From Gemmatimonadota bacterium (GTDB taxonomy: Bacteria; Gemmatimonadota; Gemmatimonadetes; Palauibacterales; Palauibacteraceae), in assembly GCA_046758745.1 (NCBI GenBank), contig JBHIAV010000035.1, forward strand, positions 1 to 30,272: a stretch of DNA of 30,272 bases, in the 5' to 3' direction. Shown piece after piece: positions 1 through 9,479 of the stretch. The notes below the pieces were generated by a model. It was not told where the DNA came from. It made no database searches and saw only the letters and a list, made by a program, of their open reading frames with translations. Both the position numbers and the translations under genes were made by a program. Positions within the stretch are counted from its first letter, which is position 1, and each line of letters begins with the position of its first letter.

Positions 1-1027
1 CGAGCCCGCCGACCACGACCTGCGAGCCCGCGGCGAGCCCGCGGCGTACCTCCACGAAGCCCGGAGTCCGCACGCCCAGCTCCACCTGGCGGCGAGAGGC
101 GGACCCCTCCGCCACCACCCACACATAGTCGGCACCCTGAAGGGGAAGCACGGCGTCCTCCGGGATCACCACGGCGTTCGGGCGCACCTCCGTGGCGAGC
201 CGCACCTCGATGAACATCCCGGGCCGGAGCCTGCGGGCGTGATTCGGCACCCGCGCCTTGACCGTGATCGTCCGCGCCGGGAGCTGCACCACGGGATCGA
301 CAAAGTCGACCGTCCCGGAGAACTCCGTGTCGGGCACGGCGGCCACGCGCAACGTGATCTGCTGCCCCAGGGCTAGCCGCCCCGCATATCGCTCGGGTAC
401 CTGGAAGGACGCCCGCTGCGGGTTCACCGTTTGCAACGTGGTCAGCCGGCTCGCGGTAGTGACGTAATCGCCGATGCTGACGAAGCGCTCGCCCACCACG
501 CCGGCGAAGGGCGCGCGCACCACGGTTCTCTCCAGCCGAACCCGCTGAAGGTCGAGCTGCGCCTGGGTGCTGCGGGCGTTCGCCTCGGCCTCCTCCAGGT
601 CCGCCTCGCTAGAGGCGTTGCGGGCGAGGAGATCTCGGCTACGCGCCAGGGCTTGCACCGCCAGGTCCCGCTCCGCGGTGAGACGGTCCACCTGAGCCCG
701 GAGCTCGGCGTCGTCCACCCTGAACAGCGGCGTTCCCTTGGAGACCTCCGCACCCTCACGCGCGAGGATCTCGACCAGTCGCCCCTCCACCTCCGGACGA
801 AGCTCGATCGACTGCACGGCTTCGATCCCGCCCGTGGCGAGGATCTCCTCCACCACCGTGTCGAGGCGCGCTTCGGCCACCTCGACGGGGAGGGGAGGGG
901 GGGCGTCGCCCGTGCCACCTTCCTCGCTCGATTCGGCGCTCCGGCAGCCGGCCAAAAATGCCACCAGCACCGCCCAGCGGAGCCATCCTCTCCGCAAGGT
1001 CACCGCTATATCGGTCGACCGTGACAA
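1..1027 (-). CDS. RND efflux periplasmic adaptor (membrane fusion protein), lipoprotein; 3' end runs off the window
   Basis: Not in the ORF track because it is open-ended. Manual translation gives MTLRRGWLRWAVLVAFLAGC (lipobox), then PLPVEVAE...ATGGIEAVQSIELRPEVEGRLVEILAREGAEVSKGTPLFRVDD...VRAPFAGVVG, typical of the MFP lipoyl/barrel-sandwich region. Start is TTG 1027 or GTG 1003, just after the TolC stop. Confidence 0.9.
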   Translation of the reverse strand, partial: MSRSTDIAVTLRRGWLRWAVLVAFLAGCRSAESSEEGGTGDAPPPLPVEVAEARLDTVVEEILATGGIEAVQSIELRPEVEGRLVEILAREGAEVSKGTPLFRVDDAELRAQVDRLTAERDLAVQALARSRDLLARNASSEADLEEAEANARSTQAQLDLQRVRLERTVVRAPFAGVVGERFVSIGDYVTTASRLTTLQTVNPQRASFQVPERYAGRLALGQQITLRVAAVPDTEFSGTVDFVDPVVQLPARTITVKARVPNHARRLRPGMFIEVRLATEVRPNAVVIPEDAVLPLQGADYVWVVAEGSASRRQVELGVRTPGFVEVRRGLAAGSQVVVGGL

Positions 1028-1031
1028 GTAT

Positions 1032-2450
1032 TCACTCCCTCGGAAAGAGCCGCCGGCCGAGAAGCGCCTCGAGGCCGGCCAGAGCCAGGCGCGTGGCGAA
1101 CCTCGCCTGCACCAGCTGCGCCTCGGCTTCGGCCAGCGACACCTGAGCGGTGATCAGGTCGATGATCGTCGTCGCGCCTGCTCGGTAGCGTTCCTCCTGC
1201 ACCTGCAGGTTCTCGCGGGCCACCAGCACCCCCTTCGCGGCGAGGTCTACGCTGGCCCGCGCCGTGTTGTACACCTGATGGGCCTCGCTCACGTCCCGGC
1301 GGAGGCCGAGCTCCGTGTCTCGCCGGGCTGCGCGCGCCACCTCCCGCGAAGTGCGGGCGCGCGACAGGTCCACCTCCCGCTGCGCGTCGTTCCAGATCGG
1401 GATGGTGATCTGCACTCCCCACACGGCGCGCGTCGTCGCGGTGGGAAAGAAACTATCGTCGAACGCCGTCCACTGCCCGAACAGGTTGACCTCGGGCAGG
1501 TACGCCGCCCGCGCCGAGCGGAAGAGCGCCTCCGCCGCCCGGTCGTCGGCCTCCACGCCCATGGCTCGCGGGCTGCTGAGGAGCGCCTCCGCCACGGCCT
1601 CTGCCTCGCCGATCGGCAGAGCCGGCGGCGGGAGCGTATCGAGCGGCACCGCGTCCACCGGCCCGGGGATTCCGACCCGCCGTCCGAGCTGTATGCGGGC
1701 GATATTCAGGCTGGACTCCTGCCGGAGCCGGTCGACCTGGGCCCGTGTCAGCTCGAGGAGGAGCTGGAGCGAGTCCGTGCGCACCGCGGCTCCGGCGGCG
1801 ACCCGGGCGCGCGCCACCGCGAACTGCTCCTCCGCCCGCCGGACGCGTTCCTCTGCGACACGCAGGAGCTCGCCCTGCGCCAACACGTCGTAGTAGTCCG
1901 ACTCCGTCTCCAGGGCCGTCTGGAAGAGGGCCTCCAGCTCCCCCGCCTCGGCGCTCTCGACCTCCGCCCTGCTCCGCTTCAGCTCGAAGAACTTGCCCCC
2001 GCCCCGGAAGAGGCTGTACGTGCCCTCCAACCGCGCGTCCACCAGCGTGGTGGTGAAGTCGCCGATCCCAACGTTGAAGAACTCCGTGGAGAAGCGCGTC
2101 GCGCTCGTCGTGAAGCGCACCGATGGGAGGATGAAAGTGGAGAGCGCGGAGCGGCGCACCCATTCCGCGTCGCTCACCCGCCGAAAGGCCGCCACGTAGT
2201 CCGGGTCCAGCCGCGTGGCGCGGCGCAGCGCCTCACCGAGAGTGATCTGTGGGATCGTATCCGCCCGCCCGGAGCCGCTCGCCGATCGCCCCTGCGGTAC
2301 CTGTGCCGCCCGGACCGCGACCTCTGCCGCCCGGACCGCGACTGCCGCCTCCGCCGGGTGGGGCGCCGACCACGCCGCCCGGGCCGAGGCGGATCCCGCC
2401 GCTGCTGCCACTGCCGCGCCCATCAGCGCGGTTCGCGCGTAGCGTATCAT
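1032..2450 (-). CDS. TolC-family outer membrane efflux protein
   Basis: Signal-peptide-like N-terminus, two OEP-like helical repeats (LPSVRF.../LPEVNLFG...), C-terminal 'ERYRAGATTIIDLITAQ' pattern. Start overlaps the permease stop (ATGA). Confidence 0.92.
   Translation of the reverse strand: MIRYARTALMGAAVAAAAGSASARAAWSAPHPAEAAVAVRAAEVAVRAAQVPQGRSASGSGRADTIPQITLGEALRRATRLDPDYVAAFRRVSDAEWVRRSALSTFILPSVRFTTSATRFSTEFFNVGIGDFTTTLVDARLEGTYSLFRGGGKFFELKRSRAEVESAEAGELEALFQTALETESDYYDVLAQGELLRVAEERVRRAEEQFAVARARVAAGAAVRTDSLQLLLELTRAQVDRLRQESSLNIARIQLGRRVGIPGPVDAVPLDTLPPPALPIGEAEAVAEALLSSPRAMGVEADDRAAEALFRSARAAYLPEVNLFGQWTAFDDSFFPTATTRAVWGVQITIPIWNDAQREVDLSRARTSREVARAARRDTELGLRRDVSEAHQVYNTARASVDLAAKGVLVARENLQVQEERYRAGATTIIDLITAQVSLAEAEAQLVQARFATRLALAGLEALLGRRLFPRE
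2304..2342. repeat. 21-bp-period tandem duplication (TGCCGCCCGGACCGCGAC x2) in the TolC N-terminal linker
   Basis: Copies at 2304-2321 and 2325-2342; encodes VAVRAAE/VAVRAAQ. Confidence 0.85.
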
Positions 2451-5400
2451 CGAGAAACCTCCACCGGCTCGAGCGCCTCTGCCCGGCCCCGGAACCGCGC
2501 CCCGAGCGCGTCGAGCAGGATGTAGACGACCGGGACGAGGAAGAGCGTCAGCAGGGTTGAGAAGAGCATCCCACCGACGATCGCGTACCCGAGGGGCCGC
2601 CGGCTGGCCGCGCCCGCGCCCAGCCCGAACGCGATCGGGAACATCGCGATGATGGTGGCCACCGAGGTCATGAGGATCGGTCGCAGCCGGATGCGGCCCG
2701 ACTCCAGCATCGCCTCGACGGTCCCGAGCCCCTTCCGCTTCAGCTGATTGGCGTACTCCACCAGGAGGATGGAGTTCTTCGTCACCAGGCCGATCAGCAG
2801 AACCATCCCGATCTGGCTGAACAGGTTCATCGTGGAGCCCGCCACCAGGAGAGTGACGAGCGCTCCCGTCACCGCCAGGGGCACCGCGAGGAGCACCGTG
2901 AACGGGTGGACGAGGGACTCGAACTGGGCCGCCAGCACCATGTACACGACGATCAGGGCGAGGATGAAGACGAAGAGGAGGGCGCTCTCGCTCTCCTCCA
3001 GCTCGCGCGACTCTCCGGCGAGGGCGATGGTGCTTCCGCGCGGGAGCACCTCCTCCGCCGTGGCGCGCAGGCCGTCCAGCACCTCCCCCAAGGTGGAGCC
3101 GGGCGACACGCTCCCGGTCAGGGTGAACGAGCGCACGCGCTGGTAGTGGTTCAGGGCCTGCGGTCCGATCCCCTCAGCGATGCGTGCCACGGCATCGAGC
3201 TGCACGAGAGCCCCATCTTGCCCGCGCACGTAGATCCCGGTCATGTCCCGCGGCGTGGCGCGCTCCCCCGGCGCCAGCTGGACCATCACGTCGTACAGCT
3301 TGTTGTCCCGAGTGAACGTGCTCACCCGCTGACCGCCGAGCATCGTCTGGAGGGCGTCGGAGATGTCGCGGATGGGGACCCCGAGGTCCTCGGCCCGGTC
3401 ACGGTCGTAGCTCACCGTGAGCTCCGGCTTGTTCACCCGCAGGTCCGTATCCACGTTGATCAGCCCCGGCACCTGGCGGGCCGCCACCGTGAGCCGCTCG
3501 AGCCCGGCTGTGAGGGAATCGAAGTTCGGGTGCCGAACCACGAACTGGACGGGGCTCGACCAACCGATGGCGGGCGGAGCGTTGGCGAACGCGAGGACGC
3601 CCGGGATCCCGAACAGCTGAGGCTGGATCTCCCCCACGATCTCATGCACGCTGCGCTCCCGCTCGTCCCAATCCTCCAGGCGGGTGAACATGATCCCGCT
3701 GCTCACCCCACGCGGCCACCCCACGATGCTGAAGTAGCCTTCCACCCCGGATGTCGAGCCGATGATCCGCTCGATCCGCCGCTGATACCCGTCCGTGTAG
3801 TCGAGGGAGGCACCTTCGGGGGCGATGGTGAAGGTGAGGAACCATCCGCGGTCCTCGGGCGGCAGGAACTCCCGCCTCAGCGCCCGAAGCGCCCCGAGCG
3901 CCACCAGCACGGCGGCCACGCCGCCGCCCACGACAAGCCAGCGGTGACGAAGCGCCATGGCGAGGGCGCGGGCGTACGCGCTCGAGATCGCGTTGAAGCC
4001 CCGCTCGAACGCCAGGAATACCGCGCCGTGGCTCTTCGGCACGCGCAGGATCCTGGCGCTCAGCATCGGCGTGAGGGTGAGCGCTACGAAGCTCGATACG
4101 ACCACCGCGCCGGCGAGCGCGATCCCGAACTCGTTGAACAGGCGGCCCGCCGTTCCTTGCAAGAAGGCGAGCGGCGTGAACACCGCCACCAGGGCGACCG
4201 TGGTGGCGATCACCGCGAAGGCGATCTCCCGTGTCCCCTTGAGCGCCGCCTGCTGCGGGTCCTCGCCCAGCTCCTCCTGGTGCCGGTACGCGTTCTCCAT
4301 CACGATGATCGCGTCGTCCACCACGATCCCGATCGCCAGGATGAGCGCCAGAAGGGTGAAGTTGTTGACGGTAAAGCCCAGAGCGTACAGGATCGCGAAG
4401 GCCGCTGTGATCGAGGTCGGGATGGCGAGACCCGGAATGATCGTCGCTCGCACGTTGCGCAGGAAGACGAAGATGATGAGCACCACCAGGATGCCCGCCA
4501 GGATGAGCGTGTCCTGCGCCTCGCGGATCGAGCGTCGCACGAACCGCGCGGAGTCGAAGCCCACCGAGATGTCCACCCCGGGCGGCAGAACCTCCTGGAT
4601 CTGTGGAAGCTCGGCCCGGATCGCATCGGACACCTCGATCAGGTTGGCCTTCGACTGGCGGACCACCCCGATCGCCACCGCGGGAACCCCCTTGTAGCGA
4701 AGGACCGAGCGCTCGTCCTCCGGCCCGAGCTCCACGCGCGCCAGGTCGCGGAGCCGGACCACCTGCCCGTCCCGGGCGGAGACGACCAGGTTCCCAAACT
4801 CCTCGGGCGTCTTCAGCTCGCCGAGGGAACGGACGGTGAACTCCCTGCGCGCCGACTCGATGCGGCCCGCCGGTAGCTCCACGTTGCGGCTCCGGATCGC
4901 CTCTTCCACGTCCTGCACGGCGAGCCCGCGCGAGGCGAGCTCCGCCGAGGAGATCCACACCCGCATGGAGTAGCGGCGCTCGCCGAAGATCTGGGCCCGC
5001 CCGACGCCCGTGACCGCCTGCAGGCGGCGCTTGACCTCCCGATCCGCAAGGTCCGAGAGCTGCAGGAGATCGTAGTTGTGACCCGAGAGCGCGATCCAGA
5101 AGAACGGCTGCGCGTCCGCGTCCTGCTTCGCCACCACCGGTTCCTCGATCTCCTGCGGCAGCCGTCCACGAACGCGCGCTACCTTGTCGCGCACATCCTG
5201 CGCGGCGATCTCGAGGTCGCGGTCGAGGGTGAACTCGAGCGTGATGTTGCTCTGTTGCTCCGAGCTGGCGCTGGTCAGCGTGCGCAGGCCGGGGATCGTG
5301 CTCAGCTCCTCCTCGAGCACGTCCGTGACCGTGGTCTCCATCACCCGGGGGTTGGCGCCGCGCAGGAAGGTGGACACGGAGACGACCGGCGGGTCCACGT

Positions 5401-5515
5401 CGGGGAGCTCCCGCACCGAGAGGCGCGTGAAGGCGACCCCCCCGAAGAGGACGAGAGCCGCGCTCGTCATGGTGGTGAGCACGGGCCGCCGGATCGCGGT
5501 GTCGGACAGCTTCAT
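2447..5515 (-). CDS. RND efflux transporter permease subunit (AcrB/AcrD/AcrF family)
   Basis: 1022 aa; N-terminal 'IRRPV'; proton-relay motifs GIVVDDAIIVMEN, GLVTKNSILLVE and RLRPILMTS; multiple TM segments. Confidence 0.97.
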   Translation of the reverse strand: MKLSDTAIRRPVLTTMTSAALVLFGGVAFTRLSVRELPDVDPPVVSVSTFLRGANPRVMETTVTDVLEEELSTIPGLRTLTSASSEQQSNITLEFTLDRDLEIAAQDVRDKVARVRGRLPQEIEEPVVAKQDADAQPFFWIALSGHNYDLLQLSDLADREVKRRLQAVTGVGRAQIFGERRYSMRVWISSAELASRGLAVQDVEEAIRSRNVELPAGRIESARREFTVRSLGELKTPEEFGNLVVSARDGQVVRLRDLARVELGPEDERSVLRYKGVPAVAIGVVRQSKANLIEVSDAIRAELPQIQEVLPPGVDISVGFDSARFVRRSIREAQDTLILAGILVVLIIFVFLRNVRATIIPGLAIPTSITAAFAILYALGFTVNNFTLLALILAIGIVVDDAIIVMENAYRHQEELGEDPQQAALKGTREIAFAVIATTVALVAVFTPLAFLQGTAGRLFNEFGIALAGAVVVSSFVALTLTPMLSARILRVPKSHGAVFLAFERGFNAISSAYARALAMALRHRWLVVGGGVAAVLVALGALRALRREFLPPEDRGWFLTFTIAPEGASLDYTDGYQRRIERIIGSTSGVEGYFSIVGWPRGVSSGIMFTRLEDWDERERSVHEIVGEIQPQLFGIPGVLAFANAPPAIGWSSPVQFVVRHPNFDSLTAGLERLTVAARQVPGLINVDTDLRVNKPELTVSYDRDRAEDLGVPIRDISDALQTMLGGQRVSTFTRDNKLYDVMVQLAPGERATPRDMTGIYVRGQDGALVQLDAVARIAEGIGPQALNHYQRVRSFTLTGSVSPGSTLGEVLDGLRATAEEVLPRGSTIALAGESRELEESESALLFVFILALIVVYMVLAAQFESLVHPFTVLLAVPLAVTGALVTLLVAGSTMNLFSQIGMVLLIGLVTKNSILLVEYANQLKRKGLGTVEAMLESGRIRLRPILMTSVATIIAMFPIAFGLGAGAASRRPLGYAIVGGMLFSTLLTLFLVPVVYILLDALGARFRGRAEALEPVEVSR

Positions 5516-5901
5516 GGAACCTCCACCCCACGGGAACGACAGACTCAGCCCTCAGATAACACTCCCCGGCAGGCAACCGTGTACCCGATTCGGCTACACC
5601 CGTCCTACGGGACCAGGTCCCCCGGCCGGAGCTTTGCCACCCACGGGCCGTCGGCCATCTTGGGGCCGGCATGATACGGCGTCCCGAGGGCGCTGTCATC
5701 GTTCCCGCTGCTGGCGCTGTCTAGCGGGTAGGAATAAGGTGTGGTCGAACCCTCGGGATCGAGCTATCTCTTGCGAACGAAGCGCCCTGTACCTCGAAGC
5801 GTCTCCGGACGCCACCAGGAGAACCTCTCGCGTGAACCGCTCGATCTGGACCCTCCTCGAGCGGGCGGATTGTCACCCCCGGCGGCCCCCGCGGCCGGCC
5901 C

Positions 5902-6957
5902 ATGACCGCGTCGTTCCTCCTTTACGGCTCCTACGGCTACACCGGCCGGCTGATCGTCCGCCGCGCCGTAGAACGGGGACTGGAGCCCGTGCTTTCCGGC
6001 CGGAACGAGGAGGCTCTGCGCGCCCAATCAGCCGAGACCGGGGCTCCGTACCGCGCCTTCCCACTCGATGATAGCGCGGCCGTCGACGCCGGCCTGGAGG
6101 GCGTCGGCGTCGTCCTGCACGCGGCCGGACCCTTCTCCCGGACGTCGGCACCCATGGCCGCCGCATGCCTGCGGACGGGGACGCACTACCTCGACATAAC
6201 CGGCGAGATCGAAGTGTTCGAGTCCCTGGCAGCCCGTGATCACCAGGCCCGGGCGGCCGGCATCATGCTCCTCCCCGGCGTCGGCTTCGACGTCGTCCCC
6301 TCTGACTGCCTCGCCGCCCACCTCAAGCGCCGCGTGCCCTCGGCCACCAGCCTCGCCCTCGCGATCCGCGGAACCGGCCGGCTCTCTCGTGGGACAGCGA
6401 CCACCATGGTGGAGAACCTGCCGCGCGGCGGACGGATCCGACGCGGCGGAGCGCTGCACCGAGTGCCGGTCGCCTGGAGGACGCGTGAAGTGGATTTCGG
6501 CGCCGGGCCCGTGCCGGTCACCACCATCCCGTGGGGCGACGTCGTGACCGCCTACCACAGCACCGGCATCCCGAACGTCGAGGTTTACGCCGCGATGCCG
6601 ACGGCCATGCGACGCCTCCTGATCGCCGGCCGGCCCTTCGCGCCTCTGCTGGGCTTGCGGCCGATCCAGCGGGCGCTGAAGGCGGCCATCCGCCGCCGCC
6701 CGCCGGGTCCGACGGACGAGCAGAGGGCGAGGGCCGGGAGCCGGGTGTGGGGAGAGGCGTCGGATGAGGAGGGACGTCGAGCGGTCTCGCGCCTCCTGGG
6801 CCCGGACGGGTACACCATCACCGCCGTGGCGGCCGTGGCCGTGGTGGAGAAGGTCCTGGCGGGACGGGCACCGGCGGGCTTCCGCACGCCGTCGCTCGCC
6901 TACGGATCCGACTTCGCGCTGGAGATCGAGGGAGTGCAGAGAGAGGACGTCCTGTGA
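5902..6957 (+). CDS. Saccharopine dehydrogenase-like NAD(P)-binding oxidoreductase (trans-acting enoyl reductase family)
   Basis: Rossmann motif YGSYGYTG, plus AAGPF, HYLDITGE, GFDVVPSD and SRGT motifs. Confidence 0.88.
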   Translation: MTASFLLYGSYGYTGRLIVRRAVERGLEPVLSGRNEEALRAQSAETGAPYRAFPLDDSAAVDAGLEGVGVVLHAAGPFSRTSAPMAAACLRTGTHYLDITGEIEVFESLAARDHQARAAGIMLLPGVGFDVVPSDCLAAHLKRRVPSATSLALAIRGTGRLSRGTATTMVENLPRGGRIRRGGALHRVPVAWRTREVDFGAGPVPVTTIPWGDVVTAYHSTGIPNVEVYAAMPTAMRRLLIAGRPFAPLLGLRPIQRALKAAIRRRPPGPTDEQRARAGSRVWGEASDEEGRRAVSRLLGPDGYTITAVAAVAVVEKVLAGRAPAGFRTPSLAYGSDFALEIEGVQREDVL

Positions 6958-7012
6958 TGCGCGGGACCTCAGGACATCGGTGCATGCGCGGCCGCTTACA
7001 GGGGATCGGAAC

Positions 7013-8611
7013 GTGACGGGGGACGGCGGACACTGGATCGGTCGCCGGATCTCGCCGCCGCCGACTCCCAGCGCCTCCTTCGAGGCGGAGCGCCGGGACT
7101 TCCTGTGGCATCGCTGCCGCCTCGTCTTCCTTCTCGGGGTAGGGATCGCCGTCTCCCTCAACATCGTCACCAAGCTCTTCCTCGAGCCCCCCCTCGCCTC
7201 CATGACCGACGCGGAGAGGCTCAAGTTCGGCCTCGACTTCGGATACCTCGGCATCACTCTCGGCGGCATGGCGCTGCTCCACCTGGGAAGGCCGAGCAGC
7301 CGGAGGATCGAGGCGATCGCCTTCGGCACGTTCGCGCTCGGCATGCTCCTTCACGAGCTGACCTTCACGCTTTTCCGGCCCGACTACGACTTCTCCTTCG
7401 GGATCGCCCTCATGCTGTTCATAACGGCGGCCTTCATCCCGTGGCGCCTCTCCTGGCAGATCTCGCTTGGCACCCTCGCCCTCGTCGGCTTCCTGCTCAC
7501 CGAGACGATGGCCTATGCCTTCCTGCCGGATACGCAGGCCTATTGGGCGGAGCGCGGCGACGCCCTCGGGCTCCGGCGGTTTCTCATCACGCAGACCACG
7601 GTCATCGTTATCCTCGCCGCCACCGCCGGCTTCGTCACACGAACCCTGTACGCCCTGCGACGCGCCGCGCACGAGGCGAGGCGGCTCGGCAACTACCTGA
7701 TCCGGCGGGAGCTCGGGGAGGGCGGCATGGGAAAGGTGTTCGAGGCGCAGCACGCCCTGCTCTGCCGGCCCACCGCCGTCAAGGTCCTGCGCGGCGCACC
7801 GGGAGGGGACACCGAGGCCCTGGCCCGATTCGAGCGCGAGGTACGGCTCTCCTCGAGCCTCACCCATCCCAACACGATCACCATCTACGACTTCGGCCGC
7901 GCCGAGGACGACACGTTCTTCTACGCGATGGAGTACCTGGAGGGCATGGACGTGGAGGAGCTGGTGGGGAGGTTCGGCGCCCTCCCGGCTCCGCGGGTCG
8001 CCCACCTCCTCATTCAGGTGTGCGGCTCGCTGTCCGAGGCGCATTCCCAAGGCATCATCCACCGCGACCTGAAGCCGTCCAACATCTTCGTCACCCGTCG
8101 CGGCGGCCTGTACGATTTCGTGAAGGTCCTGGATTTCGGGCTCGCCAAGCAGGTGCGCTCCGACGCCGACGTCCGGCTCACCCGGACGGGGGTCGTGTTC
8201 GGGACGCCGCTCTACCTCGCCCCGGAGACGGTGTACGGGACGAAGACCCCGGACTCGCGCGCCGACCTGTACAGTCTGGGTGGGACCGCGTACTGGATGC
8301 TCACCGGACGTCCGCCGTTCGAAGCCGAATCACCGGTCGAGGTGATGATCGAGCACGTGAAGACCCTCCCCCGCCGGCCGTCGGAGGCATCCGAGCTCCC
8401 GATCCAGCCGGAGATGGACGCGATCGTCATGCGCTGTCTGGAGAAGAAGCCCGAGGATCGTTTCCAGACCGCCGCGGAGCTCGCGGGCGCCCTGCGCGGG
8501 ATCGAGATCGTGGAGCCCTGGACGCAGGAGGAGGCGCGGAAGTGGTGGGAGCTGCACATCGGGCCGCCGAGCGGGCCCATGGGAGCGAGCGAGTCGCCCG
8601 GCCTGAGCTGA
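7013..8611 (+). CDS. Hanks-type Ser/Thr protein kinase with N-terminal multi-pass membrane domain
   Basis: Kinase motifs GEGGMGKV, AVKVL, HRDLKPSN, DFG, GTPLYLAPE; about 6 hydrophobic segments before the kinase. Start uncertain (GTG 7013 or 6980); the track start at 6764 overlaps the upstream gene. Confidence 0.93.
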   Translation: MTGDGGHWIGRRISPPPTPSASFEAERRDFLWHRCRLVFLLGVGIAVSLNIVTKLFLEPPLASMTDAERLKFGLDFGYLGITLGGMALLHLGRPSSRRIEAIAFGTFALGMLLHELTFTLFRPDYDFSFGIALMLFITAAFIPWRLSWQISLGTLALVGFLLTETMAYAFLPDTQAYWAERGDALGLRRFLITQTTVIVILAATAGFVTRTLYALRRAAHEARRLGNYLIRRELGEGGMGKVFEAQHALLCRPTAVKVLRGAPGGDTEALARFEREVRLSSSLTHPNTITIYDFGRAEDDTFFYAMEYLEGMDVEELVGRFGALPAPRVAHLLIQVCGSLSEAHSQGIIHRDLKPSNIFVTRRGGLYDFVKVLDFGLAKQVRSDADVRLTRTGVVFGTPLYLAPETVYGTKTPDSRADLYSLGGTAYWMLTGRPPFEAESPVEVMIEHVKTLPRRPSEASELPIQPEMDAIVMRCLEKKPEDRFQTAAELAGALRGIEIVEPWTQEEARKWWELHIGPPSGPMGASESPGLS

Positions 8612-8629
8612 GGACGGACGTCGTTCCCC

Positions 8630-9091
8630 TCAGCCCTCCGCCAGCTTCTTCTGCACGCAGGCCGTGAAGCGCCCGAACATGAAGTCGGCTACGTTTTGGA
8701 TGATCCCGCCACGTCCGAAGGAGGCGAGCCTGCCGGCAAGGTTCACCGTCTGCGTGACGCTCACCCGCGTGCCGCCTCCTTCGCGCGGGATGAGCTTGCT
8801 CCGCATCACCATCTTCACCGCTCCCGTTCCCCTCGAGTCCTTCCCCTCCCCCGTCATCTCGACCTCGTAGTTCTCCCTGTCGAGCCTCTCGAACCTAGCG
8901 ATGCCGCGGAACGTAGCGGCGATCGGCCCGAGCCTGACTCCGATCTCGCCCTCGTGGGTGCGCTCGTCGATCGACTGAAGGAGCCTGGCGCCCGGGAGAC
9001 ACTCCACGACCCTGGCCGGATCCACTAGAAAGGCCCACACCTCGTCGGGAGTCTGCTCCACTTCAAAGGTCTTTTCGATGGTGATCGCCAT
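8630..9091 (-). CDS. coxG: Carbon monoxide dehydrogenase accessory protein CoxG (SRPBCC family)
   Basis: MAITIEKTFEVEQTPDEVWAFLVDPARVVECLPGA...GRLASFGRG is a CoxG/SRPBCC pattern; ATG at 9091; divergent from coxM. Confidence 0.88.
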   Translation of the reverse strand: MAITIEKTFEVEQTPDEVWAFLVDPARVVECLPGARLLQSIDERTHEGEIGVRLGPIAATFRGIARFERLDRENYEVEMTGEGKDSRGTGAVKMVMRSKLIPREGGGTRVSVTQTVNLAGRLASFGRGGIIQNVADFMFGRFTACVQKKLAEG

Positions 9092-9114
9092 GGAAGCCTC
9101 CCGAATGCGCCGTT

Positions 9115-9226
9115 TCCTCCCGCGCGAGCCGGAACCGTGCTGCTCTCCGGGGCGATCGGGAACCGCGCTCCTCTCCGGCGCGATCGGGAACCGCGGGTTC
9201 CTGCGGCGCGAGCCAGAAGCGCGGGT
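9115..9226. repeat. Four degenerate tandem 28-bp units in the coxG-coxM intergenic region
   Basis: Units: 9115 tcctcccgcgcgagccggaaccgtgctg; 9143 ctctccggggcgatcgggaaccgcgctc; 9171 ctctccggcgcgatcgggaaccgcgggt; 9199 tcctgcggcgcgagccagaagcgcgggt. Confidence 0.85.
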
Positions 9227-9479
9227 TCTAGGGGCCGCATCCCTCACGGCTCGGGGCAGTCGAAGCTGAAACCACCCGGTGATCGGCGTCAAGCGACCGC
9301 GCGCAGACGATGCGGAGAGCTCCCGTCGCGAGGCGGGGGTGGCTGCGCGGGTGACACGAGCGGCCACCCGGTCTAGATTGGGTTCTCCGCCCTCAAGTGC
9401 CCGACCGCATCGCTGCCGGGATCGCGGCCTTCCGGGACGGAATCGGCTCTCTAGAGTTCAGCGTGGAGAGGAGCGACCG

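Noticed and set aside
5635-5650. Sigma54-like element (CGGCCCGTGGGTGGCA, minus strand) upstream of the RND permease
   Set aside because: GG-N10-GC spacing holds, but three consensus mismatches in GC-rich DNA make it likely chance.
8607-8634. Hairpins at convergent gene ends (8607-8634 and 16661-16681) as terminators
   Set aside because: Short stems partly created by the opposing TGA stops, with no U-tracts.
9115-9226. CRISPR array
   Set aside because: Units are contiguous and degenerate, with no unique spacers and no cas genes.
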